DNA from: Eledone cirrhosa
Taxonomy: Eukaryota
DNA: 64,000 bases
Direction of reading: 5' to 3'
Assembly: GCA_964016885.1 (NCBI GenBank)
Contig: OZ024742.1
Coordinates: forward strand, 46,748,001 to 46,812,000
The notes under the pieces are model-generated. The model worked only from the letters and a program-made list of their open reading frames with translations. It was not told the DNA's origin and did not search any database. Of the stretch, positions 40,175 to 55,359 are shown piece after piece. The translations under genes and the position numbers were made by a program. How positions within the stretch are numbered: position 1 is the stretch's first letter; every line of letters begins with the position of its first letter.

Positions 40175-40647
40175 TACACACACACACATATATATATGTA
40201 TATATATATCAACTAGAAATAGATTGACATATATATATATATATCAAATTAATACATGAAACAATCGCAGGGAATAATTTGTAAAGAGTGTAAGCACACA
40301 TAGCTAGGTAGGTAACTAATTAAAGTTTGACTAGAACTTCAAATATAGATACCTTTTAAAATGATTAATCTCCTTTGTATACATTTCTTTAAGTAAGAAA
40401 TATATTTCACCTATTAATCCGTAAATGACAGCAGTTAAATTCTTGGATGTTCACCAAAGGAAAGAAAATAACCATATGTGTTTACACAGCAAATGCAAAT
40501 CTGTGAATGATTCGAACCACGGGTTGCACTTTTTAAAAAATACACTCGTTGAACAACGTCATCCCAGTGGCGGGAATAGGACCATCGACAGCCAGAAATA
40601 GCAGCCGATCCTATTCAACTGAATTAGCTCAACAATCAATGGGCCGT

Positions 40648-40844
40648 ATATATATCCAAAATTAAAATTAAGGGTTGTCATGTCTGAGAGACATGCGCCA
40701 TATCCACCGTAGAATAAGCTCAAAGATTAGATCCGAGCATTACTATTTCTAGTTGATATGTAATGCTCGGATCTAATCTTTGAGGTTATTCTACGGTGGA
40801 TATGGCGCATGTCTCTCAGACATGACAACCCTTAATTTTAATTT

Positions 40845-40855
<11 letters not shown>
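40648..40855. repeat. TA-bounded fold-back, ~95-bp arms, no hammerhead recognised
   Basis: 40648-40744 / 40760-40855 near-perfect inverted repeat. Confidence 0.9.
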
Positions 40856-40888
<33 letters not shown>

Positions 40889-40999
40889 ATACATACACAC
40901 ACACACATATATATCAGGATGGATTCAGTTTGAAACTAAATAGACCATTATTCATCAGAATATTCAATACTGGGATAGTAGACTGTGGTTATATTATAA

Positions 41000-41085
41000 T
41001 GAGTCGGGGTATCCACGGCTGAGTTCTTGTCGTTTCAACAACCGTTGAAACGGCAAGAGCTGAACCGTCGGAGTCCCGACTCTTT
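41000..41085. mobile_element. Degenerate fold-back of the GAAACGGC family
   Basis: GAGTCGGG..CGTTTCAAC / GTTGAAACGGCAAGAGCTGAACCGTC..CCCGACTC. Confidence 0.65.
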
Positions 41086-41088
41086 ATA

Positions 41089-41139
<51 letters not shown>

Positions 41140-42614
41140 TGTATGTAGATGGAAGATTTAGAGATAAACATTATACCTCTCATGTACACCAAATCAGTAT
41201 TAAAACACAGAATAAATACACGCTTTTATGGAATATACCAGAAAAACTGAGGAGTAAATATTAAACACTATCTTTTGAGTAATATCATGCTTCGCTGTTC
41301 ATATATGTATTAAATGTATTCAGCTATCTAATTAGAAATTGATATTTAAGTTTGTAAATCATGATGTCAAATTTGATCATTAATATAGTAATGTTTACTT
41401 TAATTATGCGCTGCCACCAACGATGTTAATTATCTGCCTACATAAATGATTGTGTGATTGTGTGATTGTGTGTGTGTGTGTATGTGTGTGTCTGTGTGTG
41501 TGCGTGTGTGCGTGTGTGTGTGTGTGTGAGTGTGTTCGTGGAGTGTATGTGTCAGAATATATTTGTATACGTGCGTTTATTTCTTCTTTAAGGAATTACT
41601 TAATGGAACATAAATAATTGAACTGTACGCTACACTGCGTTTAATCAATAGAAATCTAGAATTATTTTGCTCTCAAAATAGGCAAGAAATATTCCAGATT
41701 ATTAAAGGAATATATTTGGAGAAGAACAAAAATTGAATAAATATATATGACCATAAATAGATCAAAACTGTGAAATTAGAAAATTACTAAAAGTGAAAAT
41801 AGTTTAATTTCACAGTTTTAATGCTGGTGATGGATTAATACTTGTAATTAATGAAAAAAATGAATATATAAATAAAGAATCTAATAAAAAGTAAAGAAAT
41901 GATATTTTTCTATTGTGAATCATTTCGAGATTCGGCTTGTAGAAATAATTGGAAAAAATAAAATAAGGAAATGATTATAATTCACCAAATGTTATGTGTT
42001 GCATTATAATATATTTATTTGTTTATATTTATTAACTTTCCAACTGTCTTAGATAAACTTTGAAATTTTTAGAGGAGATAATTATCTTCTAGCAGCTGAT
42101 GTTTGCACTTAAGCACTAATATTACAAATATCGCACCATGTACGAAGGTGCTACAATATAATGAAAACAAAATAAAAACATTTATATATTAGAATACTGA
42201 TTACAGAATATAAATGATCATAAACGTTTTTTCTTCACCTTTCATAACTTTGGTTAATAATAATTTATCAAATTTATGTTCATTTTGCTTACTAGGACTA
42301 TAATCACACTCCAGTAGTAGAATATAATACTTAATTTCAATTAAAATATATAATTAAATCTCACCACGAGACAAAACCTCATTATTGAATGCAGTCAACA
42401 GATTTATAGCAATCATACTTCGTAAACACCACACGGTTACATAAAGGGTATATTTCTATAGAAAATCATTTCAATAATATAATTGTGATGGAAGTTTACA
42501 GTTGTTCGATTTGTCCGTAAATATGATTAGTATGAAACAATAGAAATATTCATAATTATAAGAAAATCCGGGTAAGAAGTTTACTAATGTTATAATTATG
42601 AACATTTTGAAAAT

Positions 42615-43035
42615 AATAATTGTTTCTGCTTTTGGCACAAGGCCAGCAATTATCACGTACATTACTGGTACTTTATATTGTCGACCCCGTAAGGATGAAA
42701 GGCAAAGTTAACCTCGGAGGGATTTGAACTCAGTCCGTAAAGAGACGTAACTCTGCGCTGCAAAGCATGGCGTCCGACCCTCTACCGATACTGCCAATCC
42801 ACTACCCTTTGAAAATAATAATTGTTTCTTTGAAAATAATTGTTTCTACTTTAGGCACAAGGCCAGCAATTATCCAGTGCATTACTGGTACTTTATTTTA
42901 TCGACCCCGTAAGGATGAAAGGCAAAGTTAACCTCGGCGGGATTTGAACTCAGATCGTAAAGGGGCGTAACTATATTGGAAAGCATGGCGTCCGACCCTC
43001 TACTGATCCGACCCTCTACTGATACTGCCAATCTT
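42615..43035 (-). mobile_element. Two tandem Meta-like SINEs
   Basis: Complete copies separated by repeated TTTGAAAATAAT(AAT)TGTTTC. Confidence 0.9.
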
Positions 43036-44313
43036 TGAAAATAATAATGTTTAATAGTAGCATCGTAACACAAATTGTTATCAGAAATACACTGTACAAC
43101 GTAAATCATACACTAAGAATACATGGGGAGATAATGAATGTATATGAACATTAATATTTATTTATGAAATGACATCCATTAGCATTGTCTCTATAACATT
43201 TACAAACTCATTTATCTTGTGTCTACATTATTTGATTAATTAATTCAAAGAGATAAAATTGTTATAAAATTATGTTGTAATTCAAGTGAACGTCACGCCT
43301 GTGGGATAATAATTAAATGATATATAACATACGATGAAAATATCAAGAACTTCGATGATAATAATGTTGACATTCTTCATTTACTTGCCTTCTCTCTACT
43401 CTCTCTTTTTCTGTGGAAAAATTGGCTATATTCAGACATGGAGAGGACGCGGGCTCTGCTAGATTTAAATGATGTCCACAGCATGCTGTATTTTATGACA
43501 GCACTACCGTGACCGCATCGGGTGTTACGGGTTCATATTTACAAAAGACGATCACGTCCATGAAGATATAAAAAAACACAAAACTTTATTTATTTACGTT
43601 AAATATTCATTGTACTTCCAAAGATATATAACTAGGAATGCTAAACCGTATTGGACGATGTCAGAAATTATGATATATAATATTCATAAAACATAACATT
43701 TGCTTATTTTAATGAATTGGGCTTCTATTATTTCAGTTTCCCTTTCATGTGTACAATTTTATTGTTCTTCTCTGCATTCCTTCGTATTGATTTTTACTTT
43801 TCATGTCGCGGTTTGTTGTACATATTTCAATCGATCTCGCAATATATTAGGGTCAGATATCTATACATCGACGTAAAATATTTTATAGATATGTTGATCT
43901 GTTTTTGTTGTAACTATCTCATAGTCTGATTTTTAAATATCTACTATATTTTTCTAGAATATAAGGATTTTTCCTTTAGAAATGTATTTGTATGCGTATG
44001 AACACTTTCTTTGCATACCATTCTCCAATTCCGATAGATGATTTCGTCTTTCTGTTGAATATTTTATTAAATATTCTATAATTCAAACTATTTTGGTAAA
44101 TATCTTTATTTTATCAAATTTTATTACTTTTCTTTGTATAATAATATTGATTCGATATTTCACTTGCATTTGGGAAGAGTTTTTCTCTGTACAATATTTT
44201 ATTTCTATGTTTGCTTCCAACAGATATTGTTGGTTTCACTGAAAAATACGTATACAGCAGCTCTGTTTAAATATAACACCATTAGTAGCGACGTATTTGA
44301 AAAACGGACGGAC

Positions 44314-44369
<56 letters not shown>

Positions 44370-45370
44370 TTTTCTTCATTAACCACAAGGGTTTACACAA
44401 AGTAGACATTAAGGACAGTACGGGACAATACAGGACGGTACAAATGGGCATTTCTGCGTGTAAAAAAACCCCCAAATCAGAGGATGTAATAAAAAGAACA
44501 ATGACAAAATCCCCAATAGGGGGGAAACTCCGTAGGCCACCGTGGAGAAAGCCCATTAAAAAAGGCCACGGTGACCCTGACCACCAGGGCAAGTGTCCTC
44601 TCCCAGTTTTCCACCTTTAATTTACAGGCATATACTCAGAGTATTCACTCGGGCCATTCTTGCCTATCTCACCCATCTTTCAACAAAAAGCTGGGTAGAG
44701 AGCACTTCCCTCTCTACCCTGATTTTCCTTTTCAAATGAAATTTGAAAAAGTTAATCAGGGCATCACCGAAGAGGTAAGTGCTCGTCTTCAGCTCTTCTA
44801 GACGCGTCCACCATACTAACTCTTTCGCCATGGCCACCAGACAGATAAAAACTGCCTGCCCTTCCCGGCTAAAAGAAGAGGGTGTGGCAATTCTCACGAT
44901 GGACTCAGCTGATAACCGGATCCGTTCTACACGCGACAGCAGGTGTTCGACATAAACCCACAAGTCAGCAATGCTCGGACACTGGACGAGTGCATGCAGG
45001 ACGGTTTCGTCGCCCAGCGTCCATCTTAGACATGCCCGGCTGACGGCACTTCCGTGCCTGTAGAGTTTATCCCGAACTGGCAAAGGTCCTCGGTAGCACT
45101 GCCAGGCTAGGGATTTCTGGAAATTGTCCATAGGCCCTGTCCCGAAAGTCCTTCCGAAGAGATTGGCTAGTTGATTTTCGTTGACGCCTAGAGTTTCCCC
45201 AAGCACGTCGTCGCTCTTCCCCTCCACTAATCCTCTATAGAACGCCAAGATGGAGTTTCCACCGATCACATTGCCCGATTGGTCGAGGGCCGTGAGCGCC
45301 TGAAGACATTCTAGTCTCCAATCGCTCCCTCTCGGTCTTCGCTTGACCCAGGATTGCAGCTCCGTCAAGG
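44314..45370 (-). mobile_element. 5'-truncated L1/Tx1-type LINE with (ATT)n tail
   Basis: ORF 44664-45368 has zf-RVT-like AWQCYRGPLPVRDKL..C..ETVLHALVQC; 3' UTR ends GAAAAC(ATT)n. Confidence 0.9.
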
Positions 45371-45599
45371 ACCTTGTTGTCTCTTGAGATCACTGGTTGT
45401 GACTTGGTGATAACTCTTATGAACATAAAGCAAGATAAATGCGACTGTAATAATAATAATAATAATAATAAGGAAATTGACACTGAAGAGCAAGAACCCT
45501 CCGATACGTTCTGAATATCTGAGGCTGCAGGTAGCGGCTTGATATTCATTTCAACAAACTTTCCAGTTAACTAACATCAATGACTGAGACTCAAAGAAC

Positions 45600-48500
45600 A
45601 ATAATAATAATAATAATAATAATAATGTTTTCATTTATTGGCCACAAGGGCCGACATATAGGGGACAATACAAAAGACTGGGACAGTGGGGTTTTACAGA
45701 AAAATCGAGTAAACAATATGAATAACAATAACAAAGTAACAATAACAAAGTAAGAATAAAGTAACAATAAAACTACAACAAGAAAAAATTCCCCAATAGG
45801 AGGGATGACCACCTAGGGTTCGCTCAGGTACCCCACCAGCCCTGAACGACCCGACGCTTCAAGAGCACCCTGGAAGGGCACCCTTCTCCTCTTCAAATTT
45901 ACCTACCTACAGCCGCATGACCAAAGTAGGCCAACTCACACGGGCCATTCTCGCCACATTCACTCACCTTTCAGCAAATGTACTGAGGGGCAGCACTTCT
46001 CTCTCCATCCTCACCTTCCTTTTCAAGTGAAACTTGAAAAAGTTGATGAGGGATTAGCCGAAGAGAAAAGTGTCTGTCTTCAGTCCTTTCAACCTCGTCC
46101 ACCATACAACCTCTATTGCTACTGCCACCAGACAGAGGAACATTGCCTGCCCTTCCTGGCCAAAAGAAGGCGGCGGGTCGATCTTCACTATGGACTCGGC
46201 CGATAGCCGGATCCGTTCTACACGCGACAACAGCTGTTCAACATAACTCCACAAGTCAGTAATGCCCGGACACTGGACGAGTGCGTGCAGAACGGTTTCG
46301 TCGCTCTGCGCGCATCTCGGGCAGGTCCGTCTGACAGCAGTTCCGTGCCTGTAGAGTTTATCTCGAACCGGCAGTGCCCCCCGGTAGCACTGCCAAGCGA
46401 GGGATTTTGGGAAATTATCCATCGTCCCCGGCTCGAAAGTCCTCCGGTACAGACTGGTTAGTTCGACTTCTTTGACACCCAGCGCCTCTTCGAGTGCGTC
46501 GTCGCACTTTCCCACCACTAATCCTCTATAGAACTCGAGAGTGGAAGTTCCACTGACAGCATTGCCCGCCTGGTAGTGGGCAGTGTGTGCCTGGCAACAT
46601 TCCAGATGCCAGTCACCCAGTCTCGGTCTCTACTTGACCCAGGACTGCAACTCAGTCAAAGAAACGAGCTGCAGAAAGGCCCGTCTGACAAACGACAACC
46701 ACACCTGTTCACCGTTTAGGCAGAATATCTGGAGATGCCGCAGCCTCAGAGCGTGCCTGCGCATCATTAGCCACGGCATGCCCAGCCCTCCACGTAGATG
46801 GTGCTGGCAGCAGATGGACCGCCTCACCAGCGGAACCTGACTCCTCCACAAGAATTTGAAGAGGAGCCGCTCCAAGATGGCGAGGCGCGAACGGGGGAAA
46901 GGGACGACAGTCAGACGGTAGTAGATGACGGACGCGATGTACGCGTTCGCCACCTCCACCCGACCTTTCAGTGATAGATTCATCCCAGCCCATTTCTGGG
47001 TGAGACTGACTACTCTGCCCGTCACCTCGTTCCAATTCTTATCCACCTGGAGGTCTGGCCCGAACCAAACCCCTAGCAACATTACCGGTCCGTCCGTCCA
47101 GCGCCTAACGACGCTGTTGGACGGCATGGACTTGCCTCTCCAGGTGCCGAGTTGCAAGCCCACTGACTTTTCCGGGTTAAGTTTTGCTCCCGTCAACCTT
47201 TCATATTCCTCCAATAAGTTGCCGACCACCTCGATTTCTGAGGTGTCCGACACCATCACGGTGATGTCGTCCGCATAAGCCGACACAACCTTTCCGCGTC
47301 CCGGTTCGAGCGGGATGCCCTGCAACAGCTCCAGCTTCCGCAGTAAAGGCTCGAGAGTCAATACGTACAGAAGGGAGGAGAGAGGGCACCCTTGACGGAC
47401 CGATCGGGAGACCTGAAACGGTTCCGAGAGGTGGCCATTAATTTTGACCATCGAGTACGTGCCGCTGTGCATTGCAGCAATCCAGCTTCTGAAGACGGAG
47501 CCGAAGGCAGCCGCCTTGAGGACAGCCTCCAGGTACCGATGGTCGACCCTATCGAATGCTTTCAATTGTTCTAAATTGATCAGAGCCCCACCGAAGCCAG
47601 GTTTACACCCTACCCTCTCTATGATGTATCGCATTAGGTGGAGGTTGTCGTGTATGGGCCTGAAATTGTCTAATGTGTCCCTTTTTTTTCTCGTATTTCC
47701 TTATCAGCGTCACTACGCCCCGGCTCACAGAACTGGGAATACTCCCGTTTTGTGCCAGTTGCAGTAGAGGGCTCCGAGGAGATTGGAGAACAAGTCTGAC
47801 ATATTTACGTAAAGCTCGTAGGGCAGACCATCCAAACCGGGTGACTTGTGCCTCATGCAGCCGACAAGGGCATCCTGAATCGCGGCTGAAGTAATTGGCC
47901 TTTCGTAGCGCCCAGCGTCAGCCGTCGAGAGTTGCGGCAAGCCATCGAGGTAGGGACTGAAGTCCACCACCATCTCTGACCCGCCACTTCCCCCGAACAA
48001 CCGAGCAGAATGATGGCAAAAGGCCTCACACATCCTCTTGGAATCGCTCAGCTCGTGCCCGTCTCGGTCCGTCAAAGACCGAATAGTAGTTTTATTACCA
48101 CGCTACGCCTCTGACACGCGGGCCCATCGAACAGCTTTGGTTCCCTCGTTTCTCAGAGCACGCGCCTTAGCTCTGACAATGCAACTTTCGTGTTTCGCAT
48201 TAAAGAAATGGTCTAATGCGATTCTCGCCGCTAGCACATCAGTTGCAATGCCACTACCAATAGCCTCGTCTAACTTATCTACCAACTCCCCCTCCTTTCT
48301 ATTTTTCTCTAATGCTACTTCTTTGCTAAACTCTATCGACATTACTCTAATCTCTCTTTTGAGAGCCCCCCACCATCTATTGTTGACGATTCCCCCTGTC
48401 AACTTTTTCTTAACTAAATTGTTGACCTGGTCCCTGTAAGCCTTACGTGCCGGAAATGACATGTTTAGCTTCCAGTAACCAGGTCCTAACCTACGCGTCT

Positions 48501-49408
48501 TATCTAGGTCGACCATACAGATCACAAACTTGGGATCTGAATAGTCGACCGTTTCAAAACGTGGACAGCTTACACTATTTCTGTCTATTTTCTTAATGAA
48601 TATCCTGTCTATATACGATCTAAATTGCCCTATGCGGTTAGCCCAGGTCCACACTGGCGCATTAGGGAAATCTAGTCGGTACCTGTCAGACAGTTGGAAT
48701 TGGCTGATCAGGTTCTTGAGGCTTTTGCACCCCCCGCTCCTATCGGATACTCCCACAAGTCCCAGCGTGCGTCTAAGATGCCGTTCCAGTCCCCGGCTAA
48801 CAGTAAAGGGCGAGACGTACCCAGAAAGGCTTCCAGGCGTCTAAAGAAGTCCGACCGTCCTGCCCCAGTAGGAGCATAGACGGCCACCAGGCTAAAGGCA
48901 CCACCTTCGCTATTGCCCACGTCGAGGACCACCACTTGTTAGTGTTGTTAATATCGTTGTTGCATTTGTTGCCATTTTTTTCTGTTGTCTGTATTTTGGT
49001 TGTCGCTGCTATTGTTGTAGTTGGTGTGGTCATTCTTTTGAAAAATGAGTGTTCTCAGTGTTGTTGTCTTTGTTCACGTTGTTTGTGGTGGTGTTTGTTG
49101 TATGAATTTCTGTAACACTCCTCTCAACTTTTATGCCGTTGTCACACGACAGCAGACATATCGTTTGGGGGGAGGGGGGGGGGGGGGCGTGACTCAGCCT
49201 TTTAAAAAAAATAATTTTTAAAAGTAAAATGTTCAAATATTAATCAAACATTTGGGCCAAAAGGCCCAAATTTTATACTTTCCCCTTCACAGGGCAAAGT
49301 CCAAGGACTTATATCCCTTACACAACAAGAAAAATTTAACAACAAATAATTATAACAGGTAAATAAAGCGACTTACTGGGAGCGAGCAAAAAGACGTCCG
49401 AACAGACC
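45600..49408 (-). mobile_element. L1/Tx1-type LINE, frameshifted ORF2 (APE endonuclease, RT, zf-RVT), ORF1 largely deleted
   Basis: VAVYAP, AGDWN, SYIDRIF, PGYWKLN, KSPGLDGLP, KAFDRVDH, VRQGCPLS, AYADDI and CPRC..ETVLHAL; (ATT)n at both ends. Confidence 0.93.
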
Positions 49409-49429
49409 AATAATAATAATAATAATAAT

Positions 49430-49460
<31 letters not shown>

Positions 49461-50129
49461 CAATGATGATTATTATTCCTCAAAAGGTTTCTAAAATATG
49501 TATTTCATGTTTCTTAACCATGGCAGGTATCTGCACTACAAGCGTTGTTCTCTTATTCCGTTGAGATTTTAATGTTAATCTTTTCTATTGTTAATTTTAC
49601 TATTTTGGTGTCCATGAGTTCACTTCAAAAGTCATATAACTTTATATCATCTTGTTTGAAGATCGTTTATGCCATGGCGCAATTTAATGGCAGCACATGA
49701 TCAATATGAAGTGTTGCACTCATAGCTTCATACTTAAATTCAAAATCATTATTAAACTTTCCTTTTAAATTGTATCCTTTTAAATTAGTACTTTTATGTT
49801 ACTCACGGCCTTCCAAGCCTAAGCCTTATATGTTGCTCATATCAGCTCCTAATTCTATTCCATTATTGTATGAATTCTGTCTAGCTGTGTAGGAACGTTG
49901 GTATTGATCCTGTAATTAACTGGTTTTGCTTTTACATTTTTACGGGCTTCTTTTATTGGTACAGTATTTAGGACTCTAGTGTCAATTGCAGCCCCTCTAA
50001 AATAGTATGAATTTAACTTAAAACATATTCAAAACAGTTCAAATTTGACATGATTATATTGTTATATATACATATGTGTGTGTTGTGGCGTTGGCCACAC
50101 ACACGCACACACACACACACATTATATAT

Positions 50130-50204
<75 letters not shown>

Positions 50205-50825
50205 AGGAGCTACTAATTTTGTCTCTAATTTCCTATGTTGTGTTACTATCTGTATCCATTTCTTTATTTCTCTATATAACATGCAAGTACAGTTAATTAA
50301 GTTACAGACAATCCTTTAGGGTAACGTTAGCATTAACACTTCTGCTTCATTTCCCCTTCGTGTAATCGCAGTATATTAGTTTTCTATTATGTTATTTGCA
50401 CTAGTGCAAACACATTGCCTATTATAATGGAATACTCAAATGATACGTTATTAAAACTGCCAAAAGGCCCTTTGAACGATTTTGAAGAGAAGCGAAAGGG
50501 CTGTGATAATGTATTTGATATACAAAGGACAAAATGTTATACCTAAGCGGCAAACAACCAGGATTTCGATTTCTCGTTGAATACATACATTAGCAGGCGA
50601 GGATTTTTCCGATTCAAGCGCTATAATTCGATTCTATCATTAAATGAATGGCATGCAAAAATCTCTGAATGATTTGACAGAAAATGGTGAATTAATGTTT
50701 CCTTTTTAATAGACAGAGACCTATTGTGTCTTCTACTGAAAGATAGCTTCTTTACATGCAGTATTGCTTTGTCGTTCAGTGTCGACATTTCTAAAATAGA
50801 ATAAATAGATTTCAAACACACGTGA

Positions 50826-50904
<79 letters not shown>

Positions 50905-50906
<2 letters not shown>

Positions 50907-51035
50907 CATGTTTGATATAGAAATGGTTTCTACAGGACGAGAACTGATTCATCCAAAAGAAATCATCAGGATGATTTGTTTCGAATGCAACAGTTCGAGC
51001 CCAGTAGAAGCCATTTCTATATTAAACATGTTATA
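50905..51035 (-). mobile_element. TA-flanked PLE fragment with mutated hammerhead (same family as 22840 and 60221)
   Basis: CUGAUGA-UUUC-UUUU-GGAU-GAAU-CAG..CUGUAGAA (GAAA mutated). Confidence 0.65.
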
Positions 51036-51089
51036 TATATATATATATATATATATCTATATCTATATATCTATGCACACACACACACA

Positions 51090-51158
<69 letters not shown>

Positions 51159-51189
51159 ACATATATATAAATATATATATATATATATA

Positions 51190-51582
51190 TTGGTAAACGG
51201 AATAGAAAATGCTGACAAATTGTTCACAGTTGAAAAATGGTTTAATTAGGAATAAAAGAGTATTAGTGATTGTATGAGTTAGTATTCAGTTGTGGTTTTA
51301 AGTTTTTAAGTTTTTACCGGTTGCGCATTTCTAAATGCTTTTCAAATCAGATCAGAGCAAACAACACGGACACTCTATCTCAAAATTATTTTCGAAAAGC
51401 ATTTAGAAATGCGCAACCGGTAAAAACTTAAAAACTTAAAACCACAACTGATGACTAACTCATACAATCACTAATACTCTTTTATTCCTAATTAAACCAT
51501 TTTTCAACTGTGAACAATTTGTCAGCATTTTCTATTCCGTTTACCAATATATAATAACTTGTGTGTTACACCTCTATTCTTT

Positions 51583-51587
<5 letters not shown>
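51190..51587. mobile_element. Short fold-back of the same PLE family as 11435-14118
   Basis: Arms 51190-51346 / 51391-51548; right arm carries the same ~35-nt tail; (TA)n on both sides. Confidence 0.9.
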
Positions 51588-51675
<88 letters not shown>

Positions 51676-51677
<2 letters not shown>

Positions 51678-51876
51678 CGAAGGAGTTGTGGTAAGGAACC
51701 AGATGGACCATAATGCACCAGAGTACTCAATACTTAGGGTAGGAGAGTGGGTAATAGGAAAAAGTATGACCCCGCCGGCAGATTTCAAGCCGTTTCGACA
51801 GCTATTTCTGGACTCAGAAATACCCAGAAATAGCCGTCGAAACGGCTTGAGCTCTGCCGTCGGGGTCATACTTTTC
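51676..51876. mobile_element. Fold-back insert, GAAACGGC family
   Basis: Arms ~51759-51811 / 51823-51875; long tail on the left arm. Confidence 0.82.
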
Positions 51877-51878
51877 TT

Positions 51879-51909
<31 letters not shown>

Positions 51910-51929
51910 GCACACACACACATATATAC

Positions 51930-51992
<63 letters not shown>

Positions 51993-52029
51993 GATTGAGG
52001 TATATATATATTTGTGTATGTGTCTCCCC

Positions 52030-52330
52030 GAAAGCGTGTGCCTTAATCGTTACAATCATGAGGTTGCGAGCTCGATTTCCGGACCGGGCAATATGTTGTG
52101 TCTTTGAGCAACACTCTTTATTTTCACATTGTTCCAGTTTACTCAGCATTAGCAACGAGCTGCAACGTCACTGGTGATAAACTGTATCGGTAGTGTGGAG
52201 AGGGGAAACTGGTATGCTTGGGTGACTGGTGGATACCACAAACGTCCTTGTCTTGGTTTCTACCTCGGAAGGAAGCTTTCTAGATGCATATCTTCGTCAT
52301 ACGTGACCGAAGGTGGTCTGTACCCTTTCC
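52030..52330 (+). mobile_element. Degenerate tRNA-derived CORE-type SINE
   Basis: GAGCTCGATTTCC B-box-like, then TGTGTCTTTGAGCAACACTCTTTATTTTCACATTG. Confidence 0.55.
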
Positions 52331-52385
52331 CTTAGACACACACACGCACACACACGCACACACACGCACACACACACACACACGC

Positions 52386-52426
<41 letters not shown>

Positions 52427-53583
52427 GATTCTGCCCCTAAGGTTATTTTGGACGATTTTCTTTGTTATATTCTTAGTTATTTTCTCTAGCGATCGATTCT
52501 TATTACAGTTATCTCCGGTATTTGGTATTTTCATATTTTCATATTTCAAATCTCCCTGTACTTCGATAATTTATAAGTGTTGTGTTGTATATGTGTGCGT
52601 GCGTGTGTGTACGTGTGTATAATTATATCTCTATATATGTAATTTGAAATGTTGATGTCTCAACGCAGATGGCTATACTAGTAAGCGAACACATTGAGTA
52701 AAGAAAGCCTGGTAACGGAAAAAGAGGACAGAAGTCCCTGCGAGTAATCTGACATACATGTGAGTGTATGAGTGAGTGTAGTTGTATTTGTATTTGTGTA
52801 TGCGTGTATATGTGTGTGTGTTTGTGTGTTTGCTCGTGAGAATAAACTCAATTATTCTTCACGACTAAGAAATTGTAATTGAAATTTGTATGACTGTTTG
52901 GTGCATAGTTTCGAGACAATTTAAAATTACTTCTCTAGTCTCAATGTTTTGTACATTCTACGAGGTATTACATGGAATTACATTCCTCTGACGCTGTTTT
53001 GATTCACATAGAGAATGTTATTTATAACAGCGGCATTGCTTGGATTGCCGGAATATATATAAATACAATTGTATTGAACATAGTTATAACTGCAAAGAGA
53101 CATAGTGAACTTATGTGGGTGATGTAAGCACAAACGTTCGCATCAACTTATGTACACATACTTGTGGGTACAAACATTCGCACATACATTTGTACACATG
53201 CATGCGCATATGCACCGTCGCGCATAAATAAATCTGACACTACCACTGTTAGTACTATGGCGGTAATAAAATGTGTATGCATTCTGATATCTAGCAAATT
53301 AAAATTTCATCTATCAAGGTGCGTCGTAGCATTGTGAGTGTACATCTGATATATATTTACACCTTCATTTACATTATAAATTAAACATTCCCGACGGTTG
53401 AATGTCGTCCTTTCAATGTACAGGATCGATAAATAATTAATGTGTTCTATTTAACTCACCCTTTCCTTCATCGAAATCTGTAGCCTCATGCTGAGATTGA
53501 AAATCGTTAATTAAATATTATGATTATACATTGGAGATTTGAAAGGATAACTACAATATTTATATACACACATGTGTGTGTAT

Positions 53584-53667
<84 letters not shown>

Positions 53668-53973
53668 GTATATATATATATGTATGTATATGTATGTATA
53701 TATCATATTTAAACTGAAGATCTGTGGCATGAAAATACGCAGTGTTCATGATTTTATATAGAAGGAATGTACACAGTGTGTTTAACGTTTTAGAGTCCCT
53801 TAAGATGTGTGTAAATAGATTTAAAGTAGATACAATGCATTACTGCGGGCCCTCGAATGATTTAAACATGCAGAAGTATTTAAATGCATTTCAAATGTAT
53901 GTATGTGCGTATTTACAAGAGTTGAAATGTATGGTAGTATGTGAAGTAATATAATCACACACACACACGGTCG

Positions 53974-54012
<39 letters not shown>

Positions 54013-54015
<3 letters not shown>

Positions 54016-54385
54016 GTAGGAGGTGAGTTTTATTGTAAACAATAAAACTATGCATATATCAGATAAGTAGCACTCAGCAGTTGATAGAACTGGAGTATAT
54101 ATAGAAGAAATTAAAAGATGGTTAAAAAAGTTCCATATATTTTATTATACGCAATTCAAAAACAAATATCATCCTGGGACGATAATTGCGTTCTCATCAG
54201 ATAAAATAAGGTAACATGATATGATGCCATATGCTGATTGGACACTTTCTTGTTCACAGGTGTTTTTAGGCATCATATCATGTTACCTTATTTTATCTGC
54301 TGAGAACGCAATTATCGTCCCAGGATGATATTTATTTTTAAATTGCGCATAATAAAATATATGGAACTTTTTAACCATCTTTTAC
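54013..54385. repeat. Fold-back insert, ~115-bp arms, between TA and CT/TA microsatellites
   Basis: 54113-54228 / 54269-54385; left arm extends ~100 nt. Confidence 0.85.
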
Positions 54386-54388
54386 TTT

Positions 54389-54479
<91 letters not shown>

Positions 54480-54496
54480 TAACACACACACACATA

Positions 54497-54543
<47 letters not shown>

Positions 54544-54589
54544 AGGATCGATCGACTTTCGTCAAATCGTACCGACGAAACAATGTTTC

Positions 54590-54750
54590 CGTTAGTCTTT
54601 CCAGTTGCTGATACTATCTATCGGTCGCAACTCCAGGTAGAAGGAACAACGTGAAATAAAGTGTCTTGCTCAAGGACATAACGCATCGCCTGGTCCAAGA
54701 ATCGAACTCACAACCTCAAGATTATGAATCCAATTCTCTACCCACTTAGC
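54590..54750 (-). mobile_element. tRNA-derived CORE-type SINE fragment
   Basis: GAGTTCGATTC B-box and TGTCCTTGAGCAAGACACTTTATTTCACGTTG. Confidence 0.65.
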
Positions 54751-54766
54751 TATATATATATATATA

Positions 54767-54984
54767 GGAAAAAGTATGACCCCCGACGGCAGAGCTCAAG
54801 CCGTTTCGACGGCTATTTCTGGACTACACACTATTTCTGTACTACTACTCTAGTCCAGGAATAGCCGTCGAAACCGCTTGAGCTCTGCCGTTGGGGGTCA
54901 TACTTTTTCCTATTTCCCACTCTACTACTCTAAGTATTGAGTACTCTGGGCGTTATGGTTCATCTGGTTCCTTACCACAATTCC

Positions 54985-54989
<5 letters not shown>
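54767..54989. mobile_element. Fold-back insert, GAAACGGC family
   Basis: Arms 54767-54826 / 54851-54912; ~75-nt tail on the right arm; TA on both sides. Confidence 0.85.
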
Positions 54990-55047
<58 letters not shown>

Positions 55048-55260
55048 ACAGGGAGAAAGAGACGATTATTAGGAAGACAAATATATACTTCCTATGTCTA
55101 GATAAGGAATTCCTGAAAGTATTGTTGACGTACTTTGGAAATTAAGAAATTGACTTTTGTATTCCTTCAATGAATTAATTTGTCTTCCTTAGTAACACTC
55201 CACTGTAATACACAATCTCTTCCACAGTAACACTATGTATTCCAAAGTTTTACTGTAACC

Positions 55261-55322
<62 letters not shown>

Positions 55323-55359
55323 ATATAAAACATGTCATACAAAAATCACTGACGGGTAG

